DNA of 64,000 nt. Origin: Vicugna vicugna. Its lineage: Eukaryota. The translations under genes were made by a program, and so were the position numbers. How positions within the stretch are numbered: the stretch's first letter is position 1; the number at the start of each line of letters is the position of its first letter. Shown piece after piece: positions 25,635 to 37,719 of the stretch. The notes under the pieces were generated by a model, which saw only the letters and a program-made list of their open reading frames with translations, was not told the origin of the DNA and did no database searches. The stretch spans positions 96,962-160,961 of the forward strand of contig MU058482.1 in assembly GCA_013265495.1 (NCBI GenBank). The letters run 5' to 3'.

Positions 25635-26260
25635 ATACAATAGCCAAGATATGTTAACACCTAAGTGTCCACTAATGGATGAATGGATAAAGAACATGTG
25701 AGGTGTGTGTGTGTGTGTGTGTGTGTGTATGTATATGTATGTTCAATGAAATATTATTCAGCCATAAAAAGAATTAAATCTTGCCATTTGCAACAACATG
25801 GATGGACCCTGAGGACACTGTTCTAAGTGAAGTTAGTGAGACAGAGATAGACAAATACAAAAATGATCCCACTTATATCTGGAACCTAACACACACTCTC
25901 ATACACAGAACCAAGTTCACGGATACAAAGAATACATTGGTGGCTGCCAAAGGTGGAGAGTGGGTAAAATGCGTGAGGGGATCAAAAGTACAACTTCCAG
26001 TTAGAAAATAAATAAGCCATGGGATGTAATGTACAATATGCTGACTATAGCTAATACTATTACATTGCATATTTGAAAGTTGCTAAAAGAGTAAATCTTA
26101 AAAGTTCTTATCACAAGGAAAAAAATCTGTAACTGTGCATGGTGATGGGTGTCGACTTATTTTGGTGAAATTTTGCAATTTATACAAATGTCAAATCATT
26201 TAAGTGTTGTACACCTAAAACTAATATGTTGTATGTCAACTGTACCTCAAAAAATAGAAA
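25635..26260 (+). mobile_element. LINE-1 3' end with internal (TG)n
   Basis: ORF 25781-26011 begins PFATTWMDPEDTVLSEVS (ORF2 C-terminus). 3'UTR contains 'ttgctaaaagagtaaatcttaaaagttct'. Confidence 0.8.
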
Positions 26261-26475
26261 AGAAAAGAAAATGGATGCATTTTATTTTTTGTAAATTGTA
26301 CCTAAAAAAGTTTCATTTTCAAAACAATACAGTGTTCAAATTTAAAAGCAAACAGGAAAATAGATCTCAACACAGATCTCACAAGCTAAAAGGGGGAGTA
26401 TCCACATCTTCTAACATTAACTCCCATGCTTAAAATTCCTTTCCAGTACTGATCTGTGATTGAAATTTCCTATTT

Positions 26476-27072
26476 ATTATTGAAAATTTCCTATTTTTTT
26501 TGAAGCTGAGTAATCTTGCATAGAATATTAGAAACAGCCTCACTGAAAACAAAGACACTTTACATTAAATAAGAAATCTGTTTGCAGGCAGTATCAGCCA
26601 CATTTATAAAATAGTACAATACACCCTGTGACCAAAACACAACATGAAAATTGCTCCTAGCGCTTGATAATCACAGAGTAGAAGTTTGCTACAGGAGACC
26701 AAAATAGAGGGTGAAAAGGAGGAAATTAAAGTGAGGAGGAAGACGGATTCTCTTGGCTCACTTTTGGTTTCAGGATTATTGAAAATTTCCTATTTTTTTT
26801 TGAAGCTGAGTAATCTTGCATAGAATATTAGAAACAGCCTCACTGAAAACAGACACTTTACATTAAATAAGAAATCTGTTTGCAGGCAGTATCAGCCACA
26901 TTTATAAAATAGTACAATACACCCTGTGACCAAAACACAACATGAAAATTGCTCCTAGCGCTTGATAATCACAGAGTAGAAGTTTGCTACAGGAGACCAA
27001 AATAGAGGGTGAAAAGGAGGAAATTAAAGTGAGGAGGAAGATGGATTCTCTTGGCTCACTTTTGGTTTCAGG
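26476..27072. repeat. Direct tandem duplication, two units of ~299 bp
   Basis: 26476-26774 vs 26775-27072 differ only by a T-run length, a 2-nt indel and one C/T change that I could see. Confidence 0.95.
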
Positions 27073-27579
27073 GCTGATTGGACAATCAGTCCAGTCTGTA
27101 ACAGAGCCCATCTCCGTTGGTGGTGTGTTTGGCCTGGAAGAACCAGTTTCTGTGACTCACAGAGAGTGTGATCTCAACTTATGTATAATTTCAACAGTAC
27201 TCACAGCATTGGGAAGATCCTTTTTGTTGGCAAACACTAATAAACAGTATCCCTGAATTCAACTTCTGCCAGCCTCATCAAGGGCTTTTCACAGGATTCA
27301 CTGACACGGTTCCCGTTGTTACTCAACCACAAAAGCAAATCATGCGAGTTCTGGGAAGCTGTAATCCCAGATGCTGAATCCTGTCCTGATCACCTGCATC
27401 CCACACAGTGACACTGATATTTTTCTCCTCTACAGTTTTCATAAAGTAGAAATAGTAGTTACTACCTCAGCAAGTTCCAATTTGTACAAGAGTTGTCTTT
27501 CCTCTAGGTCAACCGTGAAAATGTACATTTAGTGTTTATTTAAGAGACCCTTAAAGAGGTCAGCCAACACATCGGCCAT
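26790..27579 (-). pseudogene. ARF1: Processed pseudogene of a class I ADP-ribosylation factor (ARF1-like); CDS remnant 27579-27056 plus 3'UTR
   Basis: Manual translation across frames: MADVLADLFKGL..GKTT..YKLELAEVVTTI..TVEEKNISVTVWDAGDQDRI..LVFANKKDLPNA..HRNWFFQA..GDGL..LSNQP*NQK*. Intronless with stops and frameshifts. Downstream sequence resembles the recalled ARF1 3'UTR (tttggtcac..taaatgtggc..ttatttaatgtaaa..attactcagctt). Confidence 0.88.
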
Positions 27580-28049
27580 GTTTGTAAATAGAGATACTCA
27601 TCACTGGCCAGAGAAAATCTGATGGCTGCATTTGCTCTTTCTGATATTTCTGCTCTGAGCCCAGGCATTAATTTCTAGAATTGCCCCGTAATATCTGCTA
27701 AGGCACTAGGTTAGGAATGACCTGAGGAATTGGAGTGCTTTTCTTCACTGGTCATTATATGACAGTATGTCTTTCACAGGTTGACTATATTGGTCCAGGA
27801 ACCTAAAAGGGGCGGAAATAGGAGTCTCCTCCTGTCATGAAGCCCAGTTCCCCAATTAGGTGATTCATCCTTCCTCTTCCTGCACCTCAAGACCTGTGTA
27901 AAGACCCTGGTTTCTAGGGATGGAGGAGGAAAGCTTCTACCAAAGGACAAAGTTGAAGCTCCTCTAAACCTGAAACTATAACTGATTTCTGATCATTTTG
28001 GGCTCCTCGTGCCAATAAACCAGTAGGCAAAGAAAAGTGAAATTATACT

Positions 28050-28870
28050 AGCAAAGACTTCCTGTCCTGCCAAGATCAAGTAGCCCCATTCCCCCTAGAT
28101 TCTCCCTCTTACAACTAATGAACCCTAGACATAAAACACAAATAGAATAGAAAGTGTCTGGAAGGTGAAAAGAAGAAGGTGGGCTGCCCAGGGACCTCAG
28201 AATTTGGAGAATAACACTACCAGTGCAACTCCTGGGTTTCCTTATTGCCTCGCATACATGCCAGACGGGACCTTGCAGAACCCTCCAACCCAGAGCCACC
28301 AACAGGCACAAACCAAAAAAAAATGCTCCAAGAAAAGTCAGTTCCTCCTAGCCAGAGGACAGGGAAAAGTGTAGTGGCCTAACAACAGAAAATACTTTGG
28401 GTGGAAGACTCCAGCCGAACAATGGACGAACCACGCTTCCAAGTCTCAGCCAGTGATAAGGGAAATTGATCTCCCACTCCACTCTCCTTCCTCATGGAAG
28501 CAGGTGATGCACCCTGATGTCGCCACCTTGTGGTGTCAGCAGGATGAGCGGGAAGCTGGTCTTCCATATCCAACCTGACAGAAGCAGGTAGTGCTCTCAT
28601 TCCTTGGCCAGGTAGCATCCATCAAGTCCAGCAATGAGCTGAGCCCCCACCGCCACCTGGCAACAATGATGTGGGATGAGATGGTGTGAACTGGGGTGAT
28701 CAGATGCAGCGTCCCCCCTACCCCAGTGTCAGCAGTGTCCAACGAGGAGCTGAACCTCCACACCCACCCGGCAGCAGTGTAACTGAACAGGCTGGTGGGA
28801 GACAGGGCTAATCGGAACTCCTGTTCTCACCCCAGGTATCAGCAAGGCCCAGTGGGGAGCCCCTGCTTAA
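28050..28870 (+). mobile_element. Probable old LINE-1 5' region fragment
   Basis: GC-richer, internally repetitive sequence starting 'gacttcctgtcctgccaagat', resembling L1M 5' ends. Confidence 0.4.
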
Positions 28871-28925
28871 CTCACAAAAGATACACACCCAGGAAATAGA
28901 ACTTCTCACTGTTGTGGTTGTCTTT

Positions 28926-28964
28926 GTGTTTTGATGCAGCTGAAAAGGCCTCACGGTCACTGTG
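28926..28964 (-). other. V(D)J recombination signal sequence, 23-bp spacer
   Basis: Heptamer CACAGTG (28964-28958), 23-nt spacer accgtgaggccttttcagctgca, nonamer TCAAAACAC (28934-28926). Confidence 0.9.
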
Positions 28965-29247
28965 TCTATCACAGCACAGAGATAAGAGGCAGAGTCTTTT
29001 GTACGGAGCTCCTTCAAAAGGAGGTAACTGTGTGCATCAGAGCGACTAAGGAAAGAAGAAAAACGACCTCTCCTCTCCCAACCATCCAGAACATTGTAGG
29101 AGAGAAACACCAGTGCTCCGCCATCATGTTGCTGATACCAGGACAGCCCGTTGAAACTAGATGTCTGGTACGTGCAGTTGACCTGGACAAACTCTCCTTC
29201 CATAGCCATCAAGTCTGTGGGCTGCTGAACGCCTTGTCCCACAGTGC
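28965..29247 (-). CDS. TRAV1: T-cell receptor alpha variable 1, V exon (L-part2 + V region)
   Basis: [59 protein letters not shown] has the conserved Cys/Trp/Cys and TRAV1-type CDR1/CDR2. Acceptor tcttctcacAG at 29249-29248. Confidence 0.95.
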
Positions 29248-29552
29248 CTGTGAGAAGACACATGACCATTACCATGACTGCACTCCTAGAAACCACATCT
29301 TTATTAAAAAGGATCGTTTCCATGTGGTCACAAAAAACTACCATTGAGGGAGGAGCTCCTTAGATAGAAATAAACGGTGGTAGAATGAGGAGGAGGAGGA
29401 TGAGGACAGGAACAAGGACAATTAGCATCACATGGGGAAAATATATACAAGGAAAGACTCTCACTACAAATATCAGATGTTGCAATCATTTTAGCTGGAA
29501 GAGAATTATTTTTAAAGTTCCTGGCAACATTTGGTAATAACTTAAGACTCAC

Positions 29553-29595
29553 CTCCCACTGTCAGGGAAACATAAAGAAGGAAAAATCCCCACAT
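29553..29595 (-). CDS. TRAV1: TRAV1 leader exon (L-part1), MWGFFLLYVSLTVG-G
   Basis: 43-nt exon ATGTGGGGATTTTTCCTTCTTTATGTTTCCCTGACAGTGGGAG followed by a GTGAGT donor. A phase-1, 305-nt intron joins it in frame to the V exon. Confidence 0.93.
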
Positions 29596-30529
29596 CTGCT
29601 GTAGGACACCAAGAGCCAGAAACTGCATCCTCGGTGTCTGAGCCACCGGGGCCAGCAGAAGGTAGACGCCCTCCCTGTGCCTGAGAGAGGAAGTCTCAGT
29701 CTGGATGCAAAGCCCAGAAGAAACACAGGGGAGGAGCTCCTTTCTTGAAAGGGTGACTTTAAGCTTCCACAGGAGCAGCCATGGGTTCCTTTACAGGACT
29801 GTCTTCACAGGAACATTTTCTACTGATGAATCCACAGGTTTTGATCCATATGATTCTGTGAACACTGAACAATTGAAATGTGTGTAAAGAACAGAGATGA
29901 CAAATGGGAAGAATCACATATGGCAAAGGCAGAAGGGGTCAATTTGACAATACTAAGAGTCTGTATTTCTCAAGGCATGAGAAAATGAAAACAGGACTGT
30001 GTCTGTATGTGTGTGTGTGTCTGGTGGTGGTGGTGGCGATGGTGGTGATATTTGTGACAGTACGAAAGAGATAGAAAAGTTTTTCTACTATCTAAATTTA
30101 TCTCCCGACAGGTAATCAGATATTTTGAAAAGTTCTAAAGAAATACAATATATCTGTTTATACATTTGTATGAATACAGAGGAAGAAATGGCAAAGCAAA
30201 GGAAACTATTCACTTTAATTACTTCAGAAGGTTGGGATTAAAAGTAAATGGTTAGAATATTAGCCTTTTCTTATACATTTCTGTTTTGTTTGACTTGTAA
30301 TTTTTATCTAATACAGTGAGAACTTGAAAGAAAGAAATGCAAGAGAGAAAGGAGAAAGAGAAGACTAGAACGGAAGGAAAAGGGGAGGGAGGAAGGAAGA
30401 AAGGAGAAAGATTTGAGAGAGAGAAGAAAAGACAGAAGGCAAAAAAGACAGAGGAAGGGAGGGAGGTAGAGAGAGAAGTGGGGAGGGAGGAAGAAAGAAA
30501 GGGGAAAAGCTATATTTCAAACTATTTCC

Positions 30530-30672
30530 AGGGGGAGGGTATAGCTCAGTGGTAGAGTGCATTCTTATCATGCACGAGGTCCCAGGTTCAATCCCCAGTG
30601 CCTCCATTAAAATAAATAAATAAATCTAATTACCTCCCCTCCCAAAAAATTTTGTTTTAATTTAAAAGAAGA
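30530..30672 (+). mobile_element. tRNA-Ala-derived SINE (vic-1-like)
   Basis: A/B boxes, AT-rich tail, TSD aaactatttcc on both sides. Confidence 0.9.
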
Positions 30673-30884
30673 AAACTATTTCCCAATTGTCACAAAAGAA
30701 AATTATCTCTTCTGACACACAGTTGTCCCAAGTAATGTACCCCTCACATATAGTATCTTTGCCAGAGGATTTTATATTTCATGAGCCTCCTGGATTTATG
30801 ATTTTTACTCTGTGTAGCAGACACAGCAGTTGGCTCTAGTAAAGATAATACTGTCATCTTGTGGCCAGATTGTAGCACTGCAGC

Positions 30885-30886
<2 letters not shown>

Positions 30887-30962
<76 letters not shown>
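30887..30962. repeat. (CA)n microsatellite, interrupted
   Basis: Long CA run, directly visible. Confidence 0.95.
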
Positions 30963-30963
<1 letters not shown>

Positions 30964-33900
30964 CGCTAAACATCTTCTCAGTAATTTAGAATTAAAAGGA
31001 ATCTTAGAAATCATCCAGCCTTTGTCCAGCTCTGTCATTTTACAGTGGACGCTCCTGAAGCTTGTATCACACCCTAGGCTTCATTTCTTCATTTCTAGTC
31101 AGTTCCTCAGTATACTCAGATTAACATTAATCTTCGTAAAACAAATAAATGAATACCCAAAACTGCCTATCCCTGAACATGCATGTGAGAATCAACTTAA
31201 TATTAAATGAACTGCTGGTAACTTTAAATTTGATGTTCATATTTCAAAGCACAGCTTTTTTTTCCTGCCCACAGCATTTAATATGTGTGGCAGTTTCTCC
31301 TATTCATTCTTTCAAAACTATTTATTGAGAACCTTGTATATGCCAGGCAGCGTGCCAGTGCTGGGGATCCCTTGTGAGCAAAACCCTCTCTGCTCAAGGA
31401 GCCTACATTCTAGTGAAGAAAGACAAACAATAAACAAGTAAAAGAGTAACTATCGAAAGTCAGATGGTGCCAAGTGCTCCTGAGAAAAATAAAACAGGGG
31501 TAAGGGAGGGTCAAGCAAGCCCTCAATGATGAGGTGACGTATGTATAGAAACCGGAAGAGATGATGGAGGAGCCTGATGGGTAAAGGGAGAGAATGTGAT
31601 CAACTGAGAACTCGTAACACCTCTAAGAAACTGTATGTCATCCAAGACTACACTGTGGGGTTATTCCCCACAGCCCCCTTTCCAGAGATCTACCAGGAAC
31701 ATTTTCTGCTCTCTCTCTTTCTCAAAACAAAATAATGAGGATTTGGGGAGCAAAGATCTCATTAGGGAAATACTTCAGAGTAGTAAATTCCTCGGAGGTT
31801 AGAATTTTTCTTCAAATCTCTAGACAGTGCTGTTTTTTTTTCCTCTTATTCAGAGCAAGAGACAACAGCTGATGAAAACCAATATAAAATACAACTCAAG
31901 AGATACAGAAGTCACACTTGTCAAAGAGCCCTGAAAGACAGGTGCTCTCAAAGGTCCTAAATATTTATTTGCCAGGCAAAACTCCTGAAAGAATCCTAAA
32001 GCTTTCCAAAAGACAGATGGGAGCCCTTTACATGGGCTAGACTGAATCTCCAAAGGACATCGCTCTACATGCTGGACCATTCCGCTTGAGGACAGCAAGC
32101 CTCCACGATTTTGCAGCTTTTGTATGTGCGAGTCTAAGAGAGTAGACAAGCAGTCCTGAAACCAGCTCCGTTCAGAGTAAGACCACAAACTAACTTTGGA
32201 ACTTTAAGGTTTTCTGTTATTTTTCCCAAAAATGTTCATTTCATCAGTCACTTCTCCATATTCTTCCTCAACTCTTTCTCAAACTGCTAGAATTAAGTTC
32301 TTCTCTCCAAACTTAGGGAATTTTGTTGGAGGTTGGAAAAAAATGGTTCAAAAGAAAATGCTTTTTTTTTTTCCTCTCTGTCTCTCGCTCAGGCAGTGAT
32401 AAAGTCATAGAGGTTGTGAAGAAAATCCTTTAGTAATTGCACAAACACAGACAAAACAGACTCTTAGCCTTACCTTTCTCCAGTGAAGAGGGCACAAAGT
32501 ACCTTTCCTTAGGCAAGACTTTTAAACCTTTGGTAGAAGGACAAGAATCTCTTCTTCTGAAAAGAGCTGAAATATCTCTAGGTCATCCCAAACTCTACCC
32601 ATTTCCCCAACTCTACCCATTTCCCCTACTCTGCCCTCGCTCTACCAGGATGTCCAACTATTGAGTGAATGATGAAGGAAGGGGAATCTTCTTTCCAGCA
32701 ACAGTTTTGGAGTGGGTCTTGTCCCAAGGGTAAGTATAGAAGTCTTTTAATCCTCTATGTTTGATACAACACTGGATCAGTCTTCATTCCTCCTCTTGAG
32801 GATTTCATAATTGTTCCCAATGGCCCAGGTCTCAAACTTCACCATAGAAATCCGAAGTTTCAAATAGCTGGATGGATGGCTGCCCTCCTCTGAGAACTAA
32901 AATTGTTCTTAATTTTCTTGATACTCTTTAAATCTGCCACTTCCTTTACTTTGAATATCCTAAGTTTCCACAGCTGAAAAACAGGAGCAGACCTAAAACA
33001 AAATGACACATAAAGCTACCAGAAGAGGGAATAGCAGGGAGCAGGGAGGAGAGGGTGGCCAGGCTGCTCTCTCTCAAAAGATCTAATCCTTTATCAAACA
33101 CATCCCTGTTTCTCCAAAATTCCACCTTCTAGAAACCTACTCTGCCCATCTCTGCACCACAGATTGCTTTCCTATGCAACCCTGAACACTACACCCCACG
33201 TCAAAACCACCATCCTGTCCTCAATCTGCCTGGAAAAGTTACCTGCCCTCAAATCCACCAGCTGTAACCCACCTTGGTTTCCTGGTCTAACCAGGCAGGA
33301 CACCCAGAAGCTAGAAGGTAAAAAACAGCTTTCTTCCAACAGGGCATCTGGGAGAAGTGGAACCACATGTATGCATAACAAATGGGAAAAATCAGACTTT
33401 TCCATTTATCCAGCAGATAAATGAGGGAGAATCTTTTAACTATACATCAGTATGCATTGTGGAAATCCTCCAAATAATTCCCCCTGTGATACAGTTCTAT
33501 CTGACTTGATAAATTGATTTTCATAAAACATTTCAGGAATATATCATTTGCCTAAGTGGAAACACACTGATATTATATGTCCATATTAATAAAAAAATTT
33601 ACTTTGGCTCATTATTAGTATTTTATACATAACCTTAATCCAACTCTTTCTATGTCTTCTCTATATTCTAGCCAAAGAAATAAGAACCAGTTTTCCCATT
33701 CATTTTCAAATAAATCAAGGTGTCTTCCTGAAACTCAGGCAGTAAAAATCTGATTTCTTATTTCTCTGTGGGTCGAGGGCATGCTTAGTATTTTCATGGA
33801 TCCTGAAGAACAAGGTATATTAAGTCTTATTGTTACTATTAATAGCTCTTAACTGTTAATATGTGAATCAAGTTATTTTAGAAAATAACCAAGATAAAAT

Positions 33901-34221
33901 CTCTTGGTGAATTTTCTGATGGAGATTAAGTGGTTAAATCTATTAATACTCACATATAATTTATAATTAATCTGCTAACATTTTAAATGCTTCCTGAAAA
34001 TAGACATTTCAGGGACAACGTTACTTTATTGCTAAATGACACGTGACAGCATCTCAAACCCTAGTATGGGAAGGAAAATCTTTTTCAAATAGCCTGCCTA
34101 TTCAACAAAAGGAGTGAAACAAATGCATTTCATCCTCCTATTTTTTCTTATCGTATGGACTAGGTACTTCAAATTCTTTCAAGGTCTTTAGAGAGAGTTA
34201 CTGTATGGTAGACTGCAATAG

Positions 34222-34550
34222 ACAATAGGTCCTGGAACAATACAGGTTTGAATTGTGCAGATCCACTATATACATGGAATTTTTCAATATAATACTTGTA
34301 TTTTCAGTTTACAGAGATTTAAATTAACTAAGTAAAGAGGAAAGTTTGTGTTTCATTAGCAATCACAAAATGGGGAATTAAAATAACTAGGGTTTGAGTC
34401 CTAATTCTATACAGAGTGTTTCAGCTTCCTGCCCTTTGGTGACACGTTTATCAGTTCCTTTTCTTTTGAGACAGAGGTAGTAATACTTGATATTTTTCAC
34501 TCCACTGGGGTTGGTGCCTATAACCCCCATGTTGTTCAAGGGTCAACTAT
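34222..34550. mobile_element. Tigger2-like DNA transposon remnant followed by TA/CA microsatellite
   Basis: Right TIR gttgttcaagggtcaact-ata and a degenerate left TIR caataggtcctggaacaa. Confidence 0.65.
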
Positions 34551-34568
34551 ATATATATACACACACAC

Positions 34569-34599
<31 letters not shown>

Positions 34600-35783
34600 T
34601 ACATACATAATTACAAAATAAAGATCAAATCCTGCATTAATCAATGCTTTTATAATAAACAATAACAATTCCTCTGAAACACCTTGCCAAAAAACCCAAT
34701 CCTAAACCAATGAACCACATAAATCAACCAATAAATGTAAATGATATCCTGGAGCAATAAAAAAAAATGTGAAAGTTCCTTGGAGTTTGTTATGATGAAA
34801 CTAGACCTAAAATGCATAAGAATGAGATGGTCCCTTGCGAGCCAGGTGGGCCCAAGAGTTGGGCAAATAAGATTAAGCAGAGAAAGAAACACTGTATCTT
34901 ATCAGTAGGATTTGGCAGCATTCATTCAATCAGCCATTCAGTTATTCAGAAGATAATGATCACCTTTACTGTGCTAGAGGAGATGACTCACGGAAGAGAC
35001 GATTATATCGCCACTAAACAATAGTAATACAACGTGATACTTGCTCTGAAAAGAGCAAGCATGGTTCTCGGGGACCAGGAAAGCCTTCTTGAAGATGAGG
35101 ATCTCCAAACACAGTCCTGAAGGGAAAATGGGCATTACCTAAGTGAAGGGAACAGAGAAGGGAGCATGTATATAGGTTCCAAGCTGGAGCATTGAACTGA
35201 GTGCCCTGAGGAATTCTGTGCATCTGAACGTTAAGAAGGAATTACAGTGGGTACGACGGAGTGGCAAATAAGGACTAGAAAATGAATGTTTTTGCATGGT
35301 ATGGTAAGAAGATGGAATTTCAGCTGAGGGCAGAGGAGGCATGGCAATGACAGTAAGTGGAGGAAAAAGTAGATGTGGGAATTGTTGGGTATGCATTCCA
35401 CACTGCTCTGTCTCAACCTTAGCCCCTCTTTGGTGAACACCCTTTTTGGTTGGAGTTAATGGTACTTACCTGTCATTCATACATTCTCCTGTTCCTTGAT
35501 CTGCCAATTCTGCTTCTCAGTATCTCTCAGTAGATAAGAGTTTCCATCCATTTAGAACACTAACCAGCCTGTGGGCAGTTTCTCTTATCAAGTAAACCAA
35601 AATAACTAATGGCAACAACTTCTTCTTTTAGAAAGAAAAAAATCAATGGTATTCAGTTTATCTCATAACCCTCAGGCATTAATAATGATTCTTAATGATC
35701 AGGCAAAAACATTCTGTCTCCACCTCCCTGTGTTATTTCCCTTGTCTGACGTCATCATTCATCTTAGCAGACTACAGAAAGAC

Positions 35784-36740
35784 ATGGGAAGGACCAAAAA
35801 CACATCCCTGGACACTACGGTCACAGATTTCATTCTCCTGGGCTTGTCTCACCCCCCAAGTCTGAGGATCCTCCTCTTCCTGCTCTTCTTCATCATTTAC
35901 ATCCTGACTCAGCTGGGGAATCTGCTCATTTTGCTCACCGTGTGGGCTGACCCAAAGCTTCATGCTCGCCCCATGTACATTCTTCTGGGCGTGCTCTCAT
36001 TCCTGGACATGTGGCTCTCCTCAGTCATCGTTCCTCGGCTAATATTGGATTTTACTCCCACCAGCAAGAGAATCCCATTTGGTGGCTGTGTGGCTCAGTT
36101 GTATTTCTTTCACTTTCTGGGCAGCACTCAGTGCTTCCTCTACACCTTGATGGCCTATGACAGGTACCTGGCAATATGCCAGCCCCTGCGCTACCCCGTG
36201 CTCATGAATGGGAGGTTATGCACCATCCTTGTGGCTGGAGCTTGGGTGTCTGGCTCCATCCATGGGTCTATCCAGGTCACCTTGACCTTCCGACTGCCCT
36301 ACTGTGGGCCTAACCAGGTGGATTACTTTATCTGTGACATCCCTGCAGTATTGAGACTGGCCTGTGCTGACACCACCGTCAATGAGCTTGTGACTTTTGT
36401 AGACATTGGGGTAGTGGCTGCCAGTTGCTTCCTGCTAATTCTGCTCTCCTATGCCAACATAGTCCATGCCATCCTGCAGATACACACTGCGGATGGGCGG
36501 CGCCGAGCCTTCTCCACCTGTGGCTCCCACCTAACTGTGGTCACAGTCTACTATGTCCCCTGTATCTTCATCTACCTCAGGCCAGGCTCCAAGAGTCCCC
36601 TGGATGGGGCCGTGGCTGTGTTTTACACAGTTGTCACTCCGTTACTGAACCCCATCATCTATACCCTGAGGAACCAGGAAGTGAAGTCTGCTCTGAAGAG
36701 AACAGCAGCAGGCAGAGGGGCTGGGGGTGCAAATAAGTAA
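35784..36740 (+). CDS. OR10G2: Olfactory receptor 10G2, 318 aa from the conserved Met
   Basis: MGRTKNTSLDTTVTDFILLGLSHPP matches the recalled OR10G2 N-terminus. Motifs LHARPMY, MAYDRYLAICQPLRY, RAFSTC and PLLNPIIYTLRN. Acceptor tagcAG near 35765-35770. Confidence 0.93.
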   Translation: MGRTKNTSLDTTVTDFILLGLSHPPSLRILLFLLFFIIYILTQLGNLLILLTVWADPKLHARPMYILLGVLSFLDMWLSSVIVPRLILDFTPTSKRIPFGGCVAQLYFFHFLGSTQCFLYTLMAYDRYLAICQPLRYPVLMNGRLCTILVAGAWVSGSIHGSIQVTLTFRLPYCGPNQVDYFICDIPAVLRLACADTTVNELVTFVDIGVVAASCFLLILLSYANIVHAILQIHTADGRRRAFSTCGSHLTVVTVYYVPCIFIYLRPGSKSPLDGAVAVFYTVVTPLLNPIIYTLRNQEVKSALKRTAAGRGAGGANK

Positions 36741-37491
36741 CTACAGGCTCAGGGAACACCTGCCCACCACCTCTACCACTCTCTTCAGGTACTGCTGCAT
36801 GTGGAAAACATTCAAAAATAGGTATTCATTTAAGCTGAATTGAATATAACTCTATTAGGAAGAAGCTTTAACTTCAATAAATTATCCAGTACTATTTTAC
36901 ACTTCCTCTGGGCGTAAGCACATTCTACACAAAGGTTGAATATGAGGAATAAATGCTCTACCTGGGAGGAGAAGTTTACTCAAGGAAACTTTGGGAAGAC
37001 CCAGCATAATGCTGCCCTTCACCCTTCATCCACTTTCTTCACCCCTAATTTCCCAAGCCTCTAGGCATTCATGATTTCTTTGCTCACATCAAGGCAAATC
37101 CATCCTCCCAAGTACTTGGTGTGAATCTCTGTGTGGATTGTCTGTTTCCTCCCAGCCGCTCACCCTCCCTCATGCAGTAATTCACCAAATTTTGTTCACT
37201 CTGCTTCAGGAACTTCTCTCTGGCTTACTAAGTTGTTTCCTTGTCATCCCCAACCTCCTCCATACTGCTACCAGAGTTTTCTTTCTGAAATGTAGAACTA
37301 AATATGTCATTCCTCTACTTATGAGTAATCACTGGCTCTCCACAGCATATGGATATAGCCAGACCTCTTGGCTTGGAATTTAAAAGCCCTCACAATCTGA
37401 TTTTAACATACTTCATCTCCCAAGATCGCTCTACCTCCCTCTTATCTCCTAGCCCCATTAATTTACCTGCTATTCTTCAAGCATCCTCTAT

Positions 37492-37665
37492 GCAGTTAGC
37501 CCTCCATACCCAAGTGGGTTGAATCTGTGGATGCAAAACCTGCAGATATGGAGGCCAGCTCTATTCATAGCACTACCCCATTTTATATCAGGGACTGAAC
37601 ATTGGCAGGTTTTGGTATGCAGGGGAATCCTGGAACCAACCGTCTATGGACACTAGGGACGATTG
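37492..37665. mobile_element. MER2/Tigger3-like DNA transposon fragment
   Basis: 'cagttagccctccata...ctggaaccaacc...ggacactagggacga' resembles MER2 termini. Confidence 0.55.
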
Positions 37666-37719
37666 GACTTTCCTATTTCTGAGCCTTTATTTAAGGTATT
37701 CCTGTATCAGAAATATTCT

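Noticed and set aside
27404..27445. CACAGTG heptamer as an RSS
   Set aside because: It lies within the ARF1 pseudogene, with no nonamer at 12 or 23 spacing and no gene segment.
28808..29344. 178-aa ORF as a standalone protein
   Set aside because: It is the TRAV1 V exon read through intron and RSS. The real leader is at 29553-29595.
35646..35783. 46-aa N-terminal extension of the OR10G2 ORF
   Set aside because: It runs through the pyrimidine tract and acceptor before the conserved Met at 35784, so it is most likely intronic.
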